In this document: piece by piece, positions 10,499 to 20,705 of the stretch
Position numbering within the stretch: position 1 is the first letter of the stretch
Layout: each line of letters opens with the position of its first letter
From: a virus
Lineage: Duplodnaviria; Caudoviricetes
Direction: 5' to 3' (one strand)
IMG/VR virus record: IMGVR_UViG_3300020258_000013
Location: 1 to 39,715 of that record
DNA: 39,715 nucleotides
Made by a program: the position numbers and the translations under genes
The notes under the pieces: generated by a model
Databases searched by the model: none
Told to the model about the DNA's origin: nothing
The model's input: the letters and a program-made list of their open reading frames with translations, nothing else

Positions 10499-12373
10499 AT
10501 GGCTGCTATTATCTCAGACAAGTTTAGAATTTTTAACGCCACCCAATTCCTTGAGTCGTTGTCTGAGCCCGTTGGCGGCGCAGACACTTCGGCTGAAAGA
10601 ACGAGGATGTATTTCTTCGTAGGTCGCCCCCAAAGATGGGATGCCTATCTAGAAATCTTCAATCAGAATGCTACTGCTTTTGTAGCAGGCGACGAAGTTT
10701 ACATTGGCGCTAACTATGCTTCTGCTACTTTTAAAGCAGAAATTAGAGAAGTATACGAGAACTCCCTCCTTCTCCACAGTGTTGGTCCTCAGACTAACTC
10801 TGTTCCTACCGCTGGTCAGACACTTAAAGGTTGGAACGGCACCGCCGATACCAACGCTGAAGCACTAACTGGTGTCTATCGTTACGCTACAGAGGACGTT
10901 CCTCCTGTACCTCTCGACAACCAGACCGAAAAGTATGATGTTTATGACGACATCATCGCTGCCAAGCGTATCACTACCGACTTTGCTCGTAGTGTAATCC
11001 GTCGTTTCAACTGGGACACCTCTGCTAACCCAGTATTCGACATGTGGAAGCCTGACTACTCCACAACCCCAGGTTCTGGTGGTCAGATTGGTAAGACATC
11101 TGCTACTGGTGCTACCAATATTGCTGACGCCAAGTATTACTTGATCAACTCTCAGTACGAAGTGTTCAAGTGTCTCTATAATGGTGAGAATCCTGCTAAC
11201 CCATCTGGTCAACCTGCTACCAACGAACCAAAGACTACTCCTTCTGCTGGTCAAGGTACGTATGCTAACGGTATCTTCAAGGAAGATGGCGCTGCTGCTG
11301 GTAAGTACATCTGGAAGTACATGTACACCATCCCAACCGATGACGTACTACGTTTCCTCTCTACTGACTTCATGCCTATCGTTCTTCCATCGAACGCTTC
11401 TCGTCAGGCAACCGAAGCAATTGCTACTGGTGCTCCTAACTCCATCGATGTTGTTCTAGTTGAGAACGCTGGTCAGGGTCTAACCAACGGCACATACTAT
11501 GCTCCTGTTGTAGGTGATGGCACTGGCGCTATCGTTGAGATTGTCGTTGCTTCTGGTGCTCTCGAATCCGCTACTGTAACTGCTGCTGGTTCTGGTTACA
11601 CCTATGGTTCTGTTGTTCTCCAAGATGGTCTAGTCAATGGCGATGCTGGTTGGACAGGCGCTGCTGTAGGTCTTTACACCGATGCTGGTCTAACTACCTC
11701 TGCTACTGGTGCTGTTCCAGTTTCTGCTACGGGTGCTCTTGAAGTTGTCCTTCCTCCTCAGGGTGGTCATGGTTCTAACTTCGAAGAAGAACTCAACGCT
11801 AAGCGTGTTATGACGAACATCCGTCTAACCTACGCTGAAGGCGATGGCGACTTCCCTGTTGACAACGACTTCCGTCGTATCGGTATTATCCGTGACCCAT
11901 ATGCTGCTGGTGGCACTACTTTCGCTACCGCTCCTACCCTAAGTGGTGTATATGCTGTCAAGATCAACGGTGCTACTGCTGATTTCGTTGCTGACGAAGT
12001 AATTTCTCAGACTGCTGCCGCTGGTGGTTCTGCTTTCGGTACTGTCGTTTCTTGGGAAAGAGATTCTGGTAACGCTGGTCCTGGTGGTGCTGGTGTTCTT
12101 AAGTACATCCAGTCGCCTTCTCTCCACACCGATGCTGGTGTTGTAAGAGCTTTCGAAAACTCTGGCAACGCTATCACTGGTGCTCAGTCCCTCGCTTCTG
12201 GTACTGTTGATGGTGGTAACAACGATCAACTCGTTGGTGTTACCTTCTCCAGTGGTCTTGCTTCTCCTGAGATTGGCAACAACACTGGTGAAATCATCTA
12301 TGTTGAGAACAGAAGACTGATCACTCGTGCTGCTGACCAGATCGAAGATATCAAACTCGTAATCGAGTTCTGA
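10499..12373 (+). CDS. gp8: Baseplate wedge subunit gp8 (624 aa)
   Basis: MAAIISDKFRIFNA start; YFFVGRPQRW, YEVFKCLYN, YIWKYMYTIP, FLSTDFMPI, NDFRRIGIIRDP; C-terminal GEIIYVENRRLITRAADQIEDIKLVIEF. All are typical of cyanophage gp8. Confidence 0.92.
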   Translation: MAAIISDKFRIFNATQFLESLSEPVGGADTSAERTRMYFFVGRPQRWDAYLEIFNQNATAFVAGDEVYIGANYASATFKAEIREVYENSLLLHSVGPQTNSVPTAGQTLKGWNGTADTNAEALTGVYRYATEDVPPVPLDNQTEKYDVYDDIIAAKRITTDFARSVIRRFNWDTSANPVFDMWKPDYSTTPGSGGQIGKTSATGATNIADAKYYLINSQYEVFKCLYNGENPANPSGQPATNEPKTTPSAGQGTYANGIFKEDGAAAGKYIWKYMYTIPTDDVLRFLSTDFMPIVLPSNASRQATEAIATGAPNSIDVVLVENAGQGLTNGTYYAPVVGDGTGAIVEIVVASGALESATVTAAGSGYTYGSVVLQDGLVNGDAGWTGAAVGLYTDAGLTTSATGAVPVSATGALEVVLPPQGGHGSNFEEELNAKRVMTNIRLTYAEGDGDFPVDNDFRRIGIIRDPYAAGGTTFATAPTLSGVYAVKINGATADFVADEVISQTAAAGGSAFGTVVSWERDSGNAGPGGAGVLKYIQSPSLHTDAGVVRAFENSGNAITGAQSLASGTVDGGNNDQLVGVTFSSGLASPEIGNNTGEIIYVENRRLITRAADQIEDIKLVIEF

Positions 12374-12381
12374 TTTACTTT

Positions 12382-12431
12382 TTACTCCGCTAAATACTTC
12401 AACGAACAATGTAGAGTATTTGGCGGAGTAA
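12382..12431 (+). promoter_or_regulatory. Inverted repeat / RNA hairpin occluding the RBS of the 2690-aa gene
   Basis: 5' arm TTACTCCGCTAAATACT (12382-12398) pairs with 3' arm AGTATTTGGCGGAGTAA (12415-12431): 16 Watson-Crick pairs plus 1 G-U. The 3' arm contains GGAG (12425-12428), with the ATG at 12433. Confidence 0.8.
12389..12396 (+). promoter_or_regulatory. Late promoter variant GCTAAATA
   Basis: TAAATA core in the intergenic gap, 37 nt before the ATG. The same GCTAAATA octamer precedes the 3845-aa gene. Confidence 0.65.
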
Positions 12432-12432
12432 C

Positions 12433-15400
12433 ATGCCACAGAAGACTAACCTTAATGTAGCACCATATTATGATGACTATGATGCTGGCAAAAACTTTTA
12501 TAAGGTTTTGTTCAGACCTGGATACTCGATCCAGACTAGAGAACTAACGTCTCTACAATCGATTCTTCAGAATCAAATTGAGAGTTTTGGTAAGTTCAAC
12601 TTCAAGCAGGGACAGCAAGTCATCCCTGGTGAGGTTGGACTTAATACCAAGCTTGATTACGTCAAGTTGTCTTCTGTATCTGAAGTCGCCGTAAATGAAG
12701 GCGGTCAGATTGTTTACAAGAAATACGACATTAAAAAACTTGTCGGAACACAACTCTCGGGTCTCAACTCGGGAGTTGTTGGGCGCGTACTGAGTGCTGA
12801 GTACGGGTCTGACATCGAAGCAGATACATTGTTCGTAAAGTACACCACTAGTGGTTCTGCTAGCAACGAAACCACCTTCAGACAAGGTGAAACGCTAGAA
12901 GTAATCAACGGTATTAATACTCCTCTACTTGTCGTCGGTACAGATGGTAGCGTACTCCCTACCAGCATCAACGTAGAAGATCCTACTTCTGGTAACATTA
13001 CTACACTTAGCAGTCCTGCTATGGGATTTGCTACTGCTGTTGATGTACAAGAAGGTGTATACTTTATTAATGGTTTCTTTGTAAGAAATGACAAGCAACT
13101 ATTAGTAGTTAACAAATATTATAATAAAGCATCGGCAAAAGTAGGTTTTACTGTTAGTGAAGGCATTGTCACTCCTGAAGAGGACACCTCACTAGCAGAT
13201 AACGCCAGAGGATTCTCCAATGCTTCTGCTCCTGGTGCTCATCGTCTTAGCATTAATCTAAACCTCACAAAGTTTGATTATAATGCCAACACTGATAAGA
13301 ATTTCATCCAGTTAGTCCAGATTAAGGACGGAACTGTAGAGAAGCAAGTAAAAGCAGCAGACTACACTCTACTAGAAGAGACTCTAGCAAGAAGAACTTA
13401 TGATGAGTCTGGCGATTATGTTGTAGAAGATTTTGACTACGATGTTAGAGAGTATTACCAGAGAGAAGGTAATAACGGTGTATATGCTCTCAACAATGAA
13501 ACTGGTCTAGTAAACAAAGCATACTCGGCAGCAGAAGCAGAAGGCAAGATGGTCTTGTCTGTCAGCTCTGGTAAAGCATATGTCAAGGGATATGAAATTA
13601 TCAACAAAGAATCTAAAGTTCTTGAAGTTGATAAAGGTAGAGATACTCTATCCCGTGATAATGTAACTATTAGATCTAAAGGTCTTTCTGAGTTTAACCT
13701 AACCAACGTTTATGGTGGTATTCCTCTAAACAGTGTTGGTGATGAACTAACTGGTTACCCAACAGTTACCTTGAACAGTGTATTCAATGATGGTACGATT
13801 GGATTCTCTGGTCTACAACCTGATGGTTACTTCAGGGATACTGTAAGCAGAAGGTCGGAAGTATTTGGTCTAAACCAGGCTATCATGACCATTTACGTTC
13901 AGGCAATTGGTGATGTACCTACACAGACTTCACAACTTCCTGATGAACTCTTTTTCGTAACAACCAGAGGAACTGGTACTATCACTGGTAAGAGTGTCAA
14001 AGTTATTGGTAAAGCAATTGTTAATCGTCCAGAGGTTAACCCTGCTACTAATGCTCTCTTCGCTGAGATGACTATTATTGGTGATAAGGGTGTCCTAGAC
14101 AAATTCATGAAAGAGTATGATACAGGAGAAGCTGACTACAGAAGATACCTGTATACTTCCCTGACTGCCCTAGAAGCATCCGAAAACCCATATGGTACGG
14201 TTGTTGATTGGAACCCAAGTTTTACTCCTATCGTTGGTGTATCGAAACCAAAGAACTTCAGAATGATCAGTAGAGGTACTGGTTTCAATCCTGATTCTGA
14301 CATCATTATTTCGAAAGGCAGAACAGGATCTTCTACACCATATAATGCTACTTTTGGATTCTCTTATTTCAACCCAGTATTCTTTACTAGACTGACACTA
14401 GAAAGAGAAATTGTTGCTGGAACATTCTTAAACGGTAAGTATGTCTATGGTAAAGAGAGTAAAGCATATGGTGTAATCGAAAACGATTCTACATCTAACT
14501 TTAGTGGAGTTTCTACTCTTTACTTGACTACTCTTTCTGGTCAATTCATTCCTGGCGAGACAATCATTGATGAAGAAAACAATGCCGTCAAGATTGCTAA
14601 AGAAAACACCATCTCACACTTCGTTGTTAATAAGAGAGGTAGTAACTACACTGCCGCTTCTAGTTTGATTATTAACGGAACAATCTTCGATCAGTCTAAG
14701 ATTGGTGTGACTCTATATGGTGGCGCTGTCGTTAAGGTTGATGTAGAAAACAGAAGTGCCTTACAACAAACATATGCCACACCTCCAGAAATTCTATTCA
14801 CTGGTGATGAAGCTAATGCCGATAAGTCGGTTGTCACTCCAATTCTGTTCAAGGACACCGTATTAACATTCACACCTCAGAATGTGAAGTCGGTATCTTC
14901 TACATTCAATAACTACACATTTACGGCAGATGTCGATTTCTCTTCGACAGCATATGCTACCTATCAGCAAATTAGTGACTTTACTTTCTTCGGTAACAAA
15001 GGTAGAAAGTTTATTGAGTGTAATGGTTTTGGTGCTGATCTATCTGGTGATCTAATTCAAGGTGACATCATCCAGTTTACTGATGCTAGTAACAATGTTA
15101 TCAAGAACGTTGTACAATGTGTAACTCTACCAGAGAACACAGAGAAGTCTAGAATTTACTTTGATTATGCTTTGCCTGATGATGTAACTAATGCCACTAT
15201 TGTAAGATTACGTCCCAGACTTTCTAACGGTGCTGCTACTCTTGTATATCCAACTGGTAGTAAGCAAGTAGCATCTCTTGTTAGTGATTCTGCTAACACC
15301 AAGTTTAAGTATCATGTAAGAAAAGACTTTGTTACTGATCTATCTGCTAGTGGTGGCAACCTAACGTTCACCGCTCAACTACCTGTTGGTACACAAAAGT

Positions 15401-18400
15401 TTGTTAGCTTCAGTGAACAGCAGTTCCTCGTTACTGTATTGGATAAAGGTTCTTCGACTCTTATCGAAAATGGTGATATAGTTTATATCGATCCAAGATA
15501 CATCGAAGTAGAAGATTCAGTAATTACTGCTAGCAGTGTTACCGCTGGTGCTTTGAGAATTAAAAATCTCCCTTCAGGTTACTTCGGTAATATCATCGAT
15601 GGTAACTATCCAAAGCTTAAATTGACTGCTACTGTAGAAATTGACAAAGCACGTCCTAGACTCAAGACTGCTATTAGAAACAAGCGTGTCACTATTGTAT
15701 CTTCGGGTGACCGTGTAATTCCTATTAGAGGTCAAGACTACGATTCCGATGTCATTGAAACCTTCTCTTATTCTGACGTATTCAAACTTAAGTATGTCTA
15801 TGAAGGAACTACTACCAACCCACCTGTAGTTGATACTGCTGGTAACCTAGTTAGTGGTACTGACGTAACTTACAAGTATAAGTTTGACAATGGACAGAGA
15901 GACACCTACTATGATGTTTCTAGAATTGTATTGAAGCCTGGTTTCGATGCTCCTACTGGTCAACTAGTTGTAGCGTTCGACTTCTTCGAACATTCTCAAG
16001 GCGACTTCTGTACTGTTGACTCTTATCTCCATGAAGCAGGTGTCCTACCTGATGAGATTCCTCTATTCAACTCTACTGTTAATGGCGTCATCTCTCTTAG
16101 AGATTCTATTGACTTCAGACCAAAGGTTGATGGTAACACTACCATTACTGGTTTCCAAGATCAATCTATTGTTGAAAGATTCGACACTAGCGACTACATC
16201 ACTTTCCTAGGCACAGGTGGTATCCCAACAGGAACTCCTGCCCCTGACGAGAATCTATCTTATACTGTCTCCTTTAGCGAGAAGCAATATCTAGATCGTA
16301 TTGATGGTCTGTTCCTCACCAAGAAGGGAGAGTTTATCATCAAAGAAGGTAATGCTTCGCTCAACCCATCTAAACCAGAACCAGTAGATGATGCTGTTTC
16401 TCTCTGCTATCTCCATATCCCTGCTTACACCAACAACAGTAAGGATGTAAGAATTGTTCCTGTGGATAACAAGCGTTATACCATGAAGGACATTGGTAAA
16501 CTAGAGAAGAGAATTGAGCGTCTTGAGTATTACACCACTCTAAGCATCCTTGAGCAGCAAGCACTAAACATGCAGGTCAAGGACGAGATTGGTCTAGACA
16601 GATTCAAGTCTGGTTTCCTCGTAGATAACTTCGAGGCACATAGAACTGGTAACCTCAAGTCTGATGACTATCGTTGTGCTATCGACACTCAACAGTCTGT
16701 CCTGAGAGCACAATCCAAAGAAGATAGTTTCGCCCTTAGAGAAATCAACACTAGAGATGACCAGAGAGCAGTTTCTGGTTATGTTATCAATGATGGTGTT
16801 GTTACGCTGCCATTCGGACAGGTAGAACTACTAGGTAACAAGAATGCTACCAAGACAATCAATCCGAACCCATTTGTTGTTATCCAATATGTTGGTGAAG
16901 GCGTAATCACTCCACAGCAAGACTCTTGGTATGACCAGGGTATTGCTCCTTTGGTTGTTGATTCTAACACCAAACTCAACTCGATCTTCCTAGCGAAAGA
17001 CGTTGTAGCAGATGCTTATTCGAGCATCTACAATTCATTCATTGTTAACTGGTGTGGTACTGACTCTGGTCTACTGCCAATCGAATCTCTCGCTAACATC
17101 AATAGTGAAGACATTGAGTCTACAGTTCAGTCTGCCAACATTGCTAGTTCTTCTAATGTAAGTCCACAAAACAATGAAGTAGGTAAAGGTATTGCTACCA
17201 AGACTGTTGGTGGTAAGCAAGTTGCTTCTTCCCTCCAGTTCTTTGCTAGATCAATTCCAGTCAAGTTTGTAATGAACAGACTGAAGCCTGACACCAAAGT
17301 ATATGTCTACATGGAAGGACGTGACGTAGGTCGTTGGGTTATTCCTGATAGTCGTTTTAGTGGCGAGGCAGGCAACTCCTTGTCTACATTCGGTGCTCCA
17401 TTGATTACAGATGGCAATGGTAACCTTTCTGGTATTATCTTGATTCCTGCTGGTCTTCCTCCTGTATCTAATACCAGATGGACTGGTAATGTAGATACTG
17501 TAGATTACGATCAAACAGGAGAAGAAATCAGATTCACTACAGGAACAAAGACTATTAGATTTACATCTGCTTCTGATGATTCTGACAAGGCAGAAGTTGA
17601 TACTTACGCTGAAGTCAAGTTCTATGCTTCTGGTACAACTCCTTCTAATCCACCAAGCATTACATCTACTGCTACATCATTCTTCAAAGCAAATGAAGGT
17701 GTACAGTTGGTTGACAGCAACACTGATAATCCAGTTAAACCAAATCCACTTGCTCAGACATTCAAGATTGAAAACTTTGAAAGTGGTTTGATGGCAACTG
17801 GTGTCGATCTCTTCTTCAATAAGAAGAGTGAAACTATTCCTGTTAGAGCATATCTAACAGATGTTGCTGCTGGCAAACCAGGCAAGAACATTGTCCCTGG
17901 TACACAAGTATCACTAACTCCAGAAACATATCTAAGAGTTTATGTAACTGGTGAAAGTGAAACTGTTACTGTCAGTCTTGACGAGTTTGTAACTGGTAAG
18001 ACCTCTAATGCTTCTGGTCCTATCGCTAAAGTATTTGACTCCAACCTAGTGAGAGTTGGTGATGACACCAGCAACACATTCCAAATGAACAAAGAACAAG
18101 TCTACACTCTTGTTCTAAGCAACCACAATGGAACATCATTCGTAGCAAACGAGTCTCTATCTATTCCTTCTGTCACTGCTTACAATGCCAGAAACAATAC
18201 CACTCTTGGAGTGTTTATCGCTAAAGATTCTGGTAAGGTTACTGACCTGAAAGTTAGTGCTGTTGGTGAAAACTACGAGAGTGCTTCGATTGTTATTGAA
18301 AGTCCTCAACTCCCTGGAGGATCGTCAGCAACAGGTTCAATTGCTGTCTCGGATGGAAAGGTATATAACTGTGATGTTTCGCTTTCTGGAAGGGGATATA

Positions 18401-20505
18401 CAGAACCTCCATCGGTTGTTGTAAAGGGTGTTGGTCTCGGTGCTGCTGGCGCTGTGATCGAATCTGTAATTGAAATTGACACTCCTGCTGTAAGAATGGG
18501 TGTTGCTATCGACTATGATGGTGTAACAGCATCTACCACTCCAACCAGATTCAACTTCAAGCATCCTGTATACCTACAAAACAATACTGAGTATGCTCTT
18601 GCTATTGAGACTGACTCGATTGAATATGAACTATGGGCATCGAAGTTGGGAGAGATTGAAATTTCTACCAGCAATGTTGTTACTACACAACCTCTACTTG
18701 GTTCTGTTTATAAGTCTCAGAATACCGATAACTGGACTGAAGATCTTTTCGAAGATATCAAGTTTACTTTATATCGTGCCGAGTTTGATACTACAGGTGG
18801 CGAGATTGAAGTTTCTAACGAGAATCTAGGTTACGAGAAACTAGCAGTTTCTCCTTTCGAAACCAGTGTAAGATCTGCTACTAATGCCACATCTACACTA
18901 TTCAAGAACAACAACTCTATTGTTAAGGTTTACCATAGAGATAATGGTTTCGAAGATACTGGCAACTCTTACGTATTCTTCCAAGAAGCAGAAGACGTTG
19001 GTGGCATCTCTGGTGTTACCTTGAACCAGAGACTATACAAAGTTTCTAACTCTGGTGTTGACTTCTATAACATCACCAGTCCAAACGGTGCTGGTTCTAG
19101 CATCATTGGTGGTGGTAAGTCTGTTCTTGCTTCTTACAATAGAAAGTTTGAGCGTCTCTATGCTCAAGTTCCTTACCTACAATTAGATGGAACAAAGATC
19201 GAATCCTTTGTTGCTACTACTGATGTAGTTCCTGTTGATTCTAATACTAAGAACTATGTTTCTTATTCTTTCGTTGACTACGAGAAGACATTCCTTGGAG
19301 AAGAGCACTTCTTCACCAACCAGAAGGTAGTTGCTTCTAGAATCAACCAGACTATGAATGGTCTAGGTCATTCACTTAAGTATAAGTTTAAATTGACCAC
19401 AACAAATCCTGCTCTATCTCCTGTCATTGATCTACGTACTGCCACTGTTAAGACAGCATCGAATAGAATTGAAAATGCCACAGGATATGAAGATAGATAT
19501 GGTAAGAGAGATCAAGTCGTTAGATTCCAACCTCTGTATAACCTAGCAATTGCTGTAACAGGAGCAAACTCTAGTCAAGTTGCTGAGAATCTTTCTTTGG
19601 TTGGTCAAACTTCTAAAGCAGAAGGTCTCATCACTGCTTATGCTAATGGTGATGCCACTATCAGACTAAGAACTGTCACTCCTTTCCAGCAAGGTGAATC
19701 TCTAACTCTAGTCAACACAGATGGAGCAGAAGTTTCTAACGTAGGTATTACCATCACGAACATTGCTGAGATTGATTTTAACTTCAGTGTTGGTTCTAAC
19801 GTCATTGCTTACTCACCTACTGATGCTGATGTAAGTTATGCCAATAAAATCAATGGTAAAGTCATTCTCTGGGATGCTGAAGATAAGATTCTAATTGTAG
19901 AGAACTCTTATCAACCTATTAATAACAACTACACTGCCAAGACAGCAGATAGTGAAGCGTACACCAGAAACCAAGACGACAGTGCTCAGCAACCTGACAT
20001 CTTTAGAGTCGGTGATGTAGTTCAGTCAACTGGAGATGATACTCCTTTGTTTATTGAAATTGATTCGATTGAATATACCACTGGTGTTGACTACGTTCCA
20101 GAAACAGACGCTGTTAATAGTTCTTCCCTTGCTAAGTACGTTACCAAGGAAGTCTTTATCGATAATGCTGGTTCTGCTATTGATGTGAGATCTACAATGA
20201 ATCTCACAAGTGTTGAGAATGTTAAGATTTACTATAAACTTAGAGAATCTTCTAGTTCAGCAAACTTCGATGATATCAATTGGGTTCCCTTCAATGTTGA
20301 CGGCAACCCAGATGTAAATAATCTTGCTACTCCTGCCAACTCTATTTCTGGTCAGTTTGAGAAGCAAACGGATTATCAAGAACTGACTTTCAGTGCTTCT
20401 AATCTTCCAGAATTTACATCTTTTGCTATCAAGATTATCATGAAGACGGACAATCCTTCTTACGTGCCTAAGATCCAAGACATAAGAGCTGTAGCATCAT
20501 ACTAA
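12433..20505 (+). CDS. Large virion structural protein, VrlC / DUF4815 family (2690 aa)
   Basis: N-terminus MPQKTNLNVAPYYDDYD...FYKVLFRPGYSIQTRELTSLQSILQNQIE; APGAHRL; LARRTYDESGDY; KRYTMKDIGKLEKRIERLEYYTTLSILE; DRFKSGFLVDNF; NPLAQTF. These are hallmarks of the VrlC-like protein that follows gp8 in T4-like cyanophages. Confidence 0.85.
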   Translation: MPQKTNLNVAPYYDDYDAGKNFYKVLFRPGYSIQTRELTSLQSILQNQIESFGKFNFKQGQQVIPGEVGLNTKLDYVKLSSVSEVAVNEGGQIVYKKYDIKKLVGTQLSGLNSGVVGRVLSAEYGSDIEADTLFVKYTTSGSASNETTFRQGETLEVINGINTPLLVVGTDGSVLPTSINVEDPTSGNITTLSSPAMGFATAVDVQEGVYFINGFFVRNDKQLLVVNKYYNKASAKVGFTVSEGIVTPEEDTSLADNARGFSNASAPGAHRLSINLNLTKFDYNANTDKNFIQLVQIKDGTVEKQVKAADYTLLEETLARRTYDESGDYVVEDFDYDVREYYQREGNNGVYALNNETGLVNKAYSAAEAEGKMVLSVSSGKAYVKGYEIINKESKVLEVDKGRDTLSRDNVTIRSKGLSEFNLTNVYGGIPLNSVGDELTGYPTVTLNSVFNDGTIGFSGLQPDGYFRDTVSRRSEVFGLNQAIMTIYVQAIGDVPTQTSQLPDELFFVTTRGTGTITGKSVKVIGKAIVNRPEVNPATNALFAEMTIIGDKGVLDKFMKEYDTGEADYRRYLYTSLTALEASENPYGTVVDWNPSFTPIVGVSKPKNFRMISRGTGFNPDSDIIISKGRTGSSTPYNATFGFSYFNPVFFTRLTLEREIVAGTFLNGKYVYGKESKAYGVIENDSTSNFSGVSTLYLTTLSGQFIPGETIIDEENNAVKIAKENTISHFVVNKRGSNYTAASSLIINGTIFDQSKIGVTLYGGAVVKVDVENRSALQQTYATPPEILFTGDEANADKSVVTPILFKDTVLTFTPQNVKSVSSTFNNYTFTADVDFSSTAYATYQQISDFTFFGNKGRKFIECNGFGADLSGDLIQGDIIQFTDASNNVIKNVVQCVTLPENTEKSRIYFDYALPDDVTNATIVRLRPRLSNGAATLVYPTGSKQVASLVSDSANTKFKYHVRKDFVTDLSASGGNLTFTAQLPVGTQKFVSFSEQQFLVTVLDKGSSTLIENGDIVYIDPRYIEVEDSVITASSVTAGALRIKNLPSGYFGNIIDGNYPKLKLTATVEIDKARPRLKTAIRNKRVTIVSSGDRVIPIRGQDYDSDVIETFSYSDVFKLKYVYEGTTTNPPVVDTAGNLVSGTDVTYKYKFDNGQRDTYYDVSRIVLKPGFDAPTGQLVVAFDFFEHSQGDFCTVDSYLHEAGVLPDEIPLFNSTVNGVISLRDSIDFRPKVDGNTTITGFQDQSIVERFDTSDYITFLGTGGIPTGTPAPDENLSYTVSFSEKQYLDRIDGLFLTKKGEFIIKEGNASLNPSKPEPVDDAVSLCYLHIPAYTNNSKDVRIVPVDNKRYTMKDIGKLEKRIERLEYYTTLSILEQQALNMQVKDEIGLDRFKSGFLVDNFEAHRTGNLKSDDYRCAIDTQQSVLRAQSKEDSFALREINTRDDQRAVSGYVINDGVVTLPFGQVELLGNKNATKTINPNPFVVIQYVGEGVITPQQDSWYDQGIAPLVVDSNTKLNSIFLAKDVVADAYSSIYNSFIVNWCGTDSGLLPIESLANINSEDIESTVQSANIASSSNVSPQNNEVGKGIATKTVGGKQVASSLQFFARSIPVKFVMNRLKPDTKVYVYMEGRDVGRWVIPDSRFSGEAGNSLSTFGAPLITDGNGNLSGIILIPAGLPPVSNTRWTGNVDTVDYDQTGEEIRFTTGTKTIRFTSASDDSDKAEVDTYAEVKFYASGTTPSNPPSITSTATSFFKANEGVQLVDSNTDNPVKPNPLAQTFKIENFESGLMATGVDLFFNKKSETIPVRAYLTDVAAGKPGKNIVPGTQVSLTPETYLRVYVTGESETVTVSLDEFVTGKTSNASGPIAKVFDSNLVRVGDDTSNTFQMNKEQVYTLVLSNHNGTSFVANESLSIPSVTAYNARNNTTLGVFIAKDSGKVTDLKVSAVGENYESASIVIESPQLPGGSSATGSIAVSDGKVYNCDVSLSGRGYTEPPSVVVKGVGLGAAGAVIESVIEIDTPAVRMGVAIDYDGVTASTTPTRFNFKHPVYLQNNTEYALAIETDSIEYELWASKLGEIEISTSNVVTTQPLLGSVYKSQNTDNWTEDLFEDIKFTLYRAEFDTTGGEIEVSNENLGYEKLAVSPFETSVRSATNATSTLFKNNNSIVKVYHRDNGFEDTGNSYVFFQEAEDVGGISGVTLNQRLYKVSNSGVDFYNITSPNGAGSSIIGGGKSVLASYNRKFERLYAQVPYLQLDGTKIESFVATTDVVPVDSNTKNYVSYSFVDYEKTFLGEEHFFTNQKVVASRINQTMNGLGHSLKYKFKLTTTNPALSPVIDLRTATVKTASNRIENATGYEDRYGKRDQVVRFQPLYNLAIAVTGANSSQVAENLSLVGQTSKAEGLITAYANGDATIRLRTVTPFQQGESLTLVNTDGAEVSNVGITITNIAEIDFNFSVGSNVIAYSPTDADVSYANKINGKVILWDAEDKILIVENSYQPINNNYTAKTADSEAYTRNQDDSAQQPDIFRVGDVVQSTGDDTPLFIEIDSIEYTTGVDYVPETDAVNSSSLAKYVTKEVFIDNAGSAIDVRSTMNLTSVENVKIYYKLRESSSSANFDDINWVPFNVDGNPDVNNLATPANSISGQFEKQTDYQELTFSASNLPEFTSFAIKIIMKTDNPSYVPKIQDIRAVASY

Positions 20506-20705
20506 TGAGATATTTGAAAGTAGAAGGTCACGAAAATCTTTATCGTGACACGAACACGGGAGCGATCATCAACACTGATAAACCCGCTCCCAGAAACTTT
20601 TCTCAGACATTTAACGGTGCCCTCCAAGATATAAATAGCTTGAAGGAAGAAATATCTGAAATCAAACAACTATTACGAGAGATAGTAAACAATGTCAGTT
20701 CTTAG
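20505..20705 (+). CDS. Small conserved hypothetical phage protein (66 aa) with C-terminal coiled coil
   Basis: TAATG stop/start overlap with the upstream gene. KVEGHENLYRDTNTGAIIN motif followed by heptad-like INSLKEEISEIKQLLREIV. Confidence 0.8.
   Translation: MRYLKVEGHENLYRDTNTGAIINTDKPAPRNFSQTFNGALQDINSLKEEISEIKQLLREIVNNVSS
20630..20637 (+). promoter_or_regulatory. T4-type late promoter TATAAATA, internal to the 66-aa gene
   Basis: Exact consensus 55 nt upstream of the ATG at 20692. Confidence 0.75.

Noticed and set aside
12382-12431. Hairpin as a Rho-independent terminator
   Set aside because: No U-tract follows the stem on either strand (the T-run precedes it on +). The loop is long and the stem overlaps the RBS.
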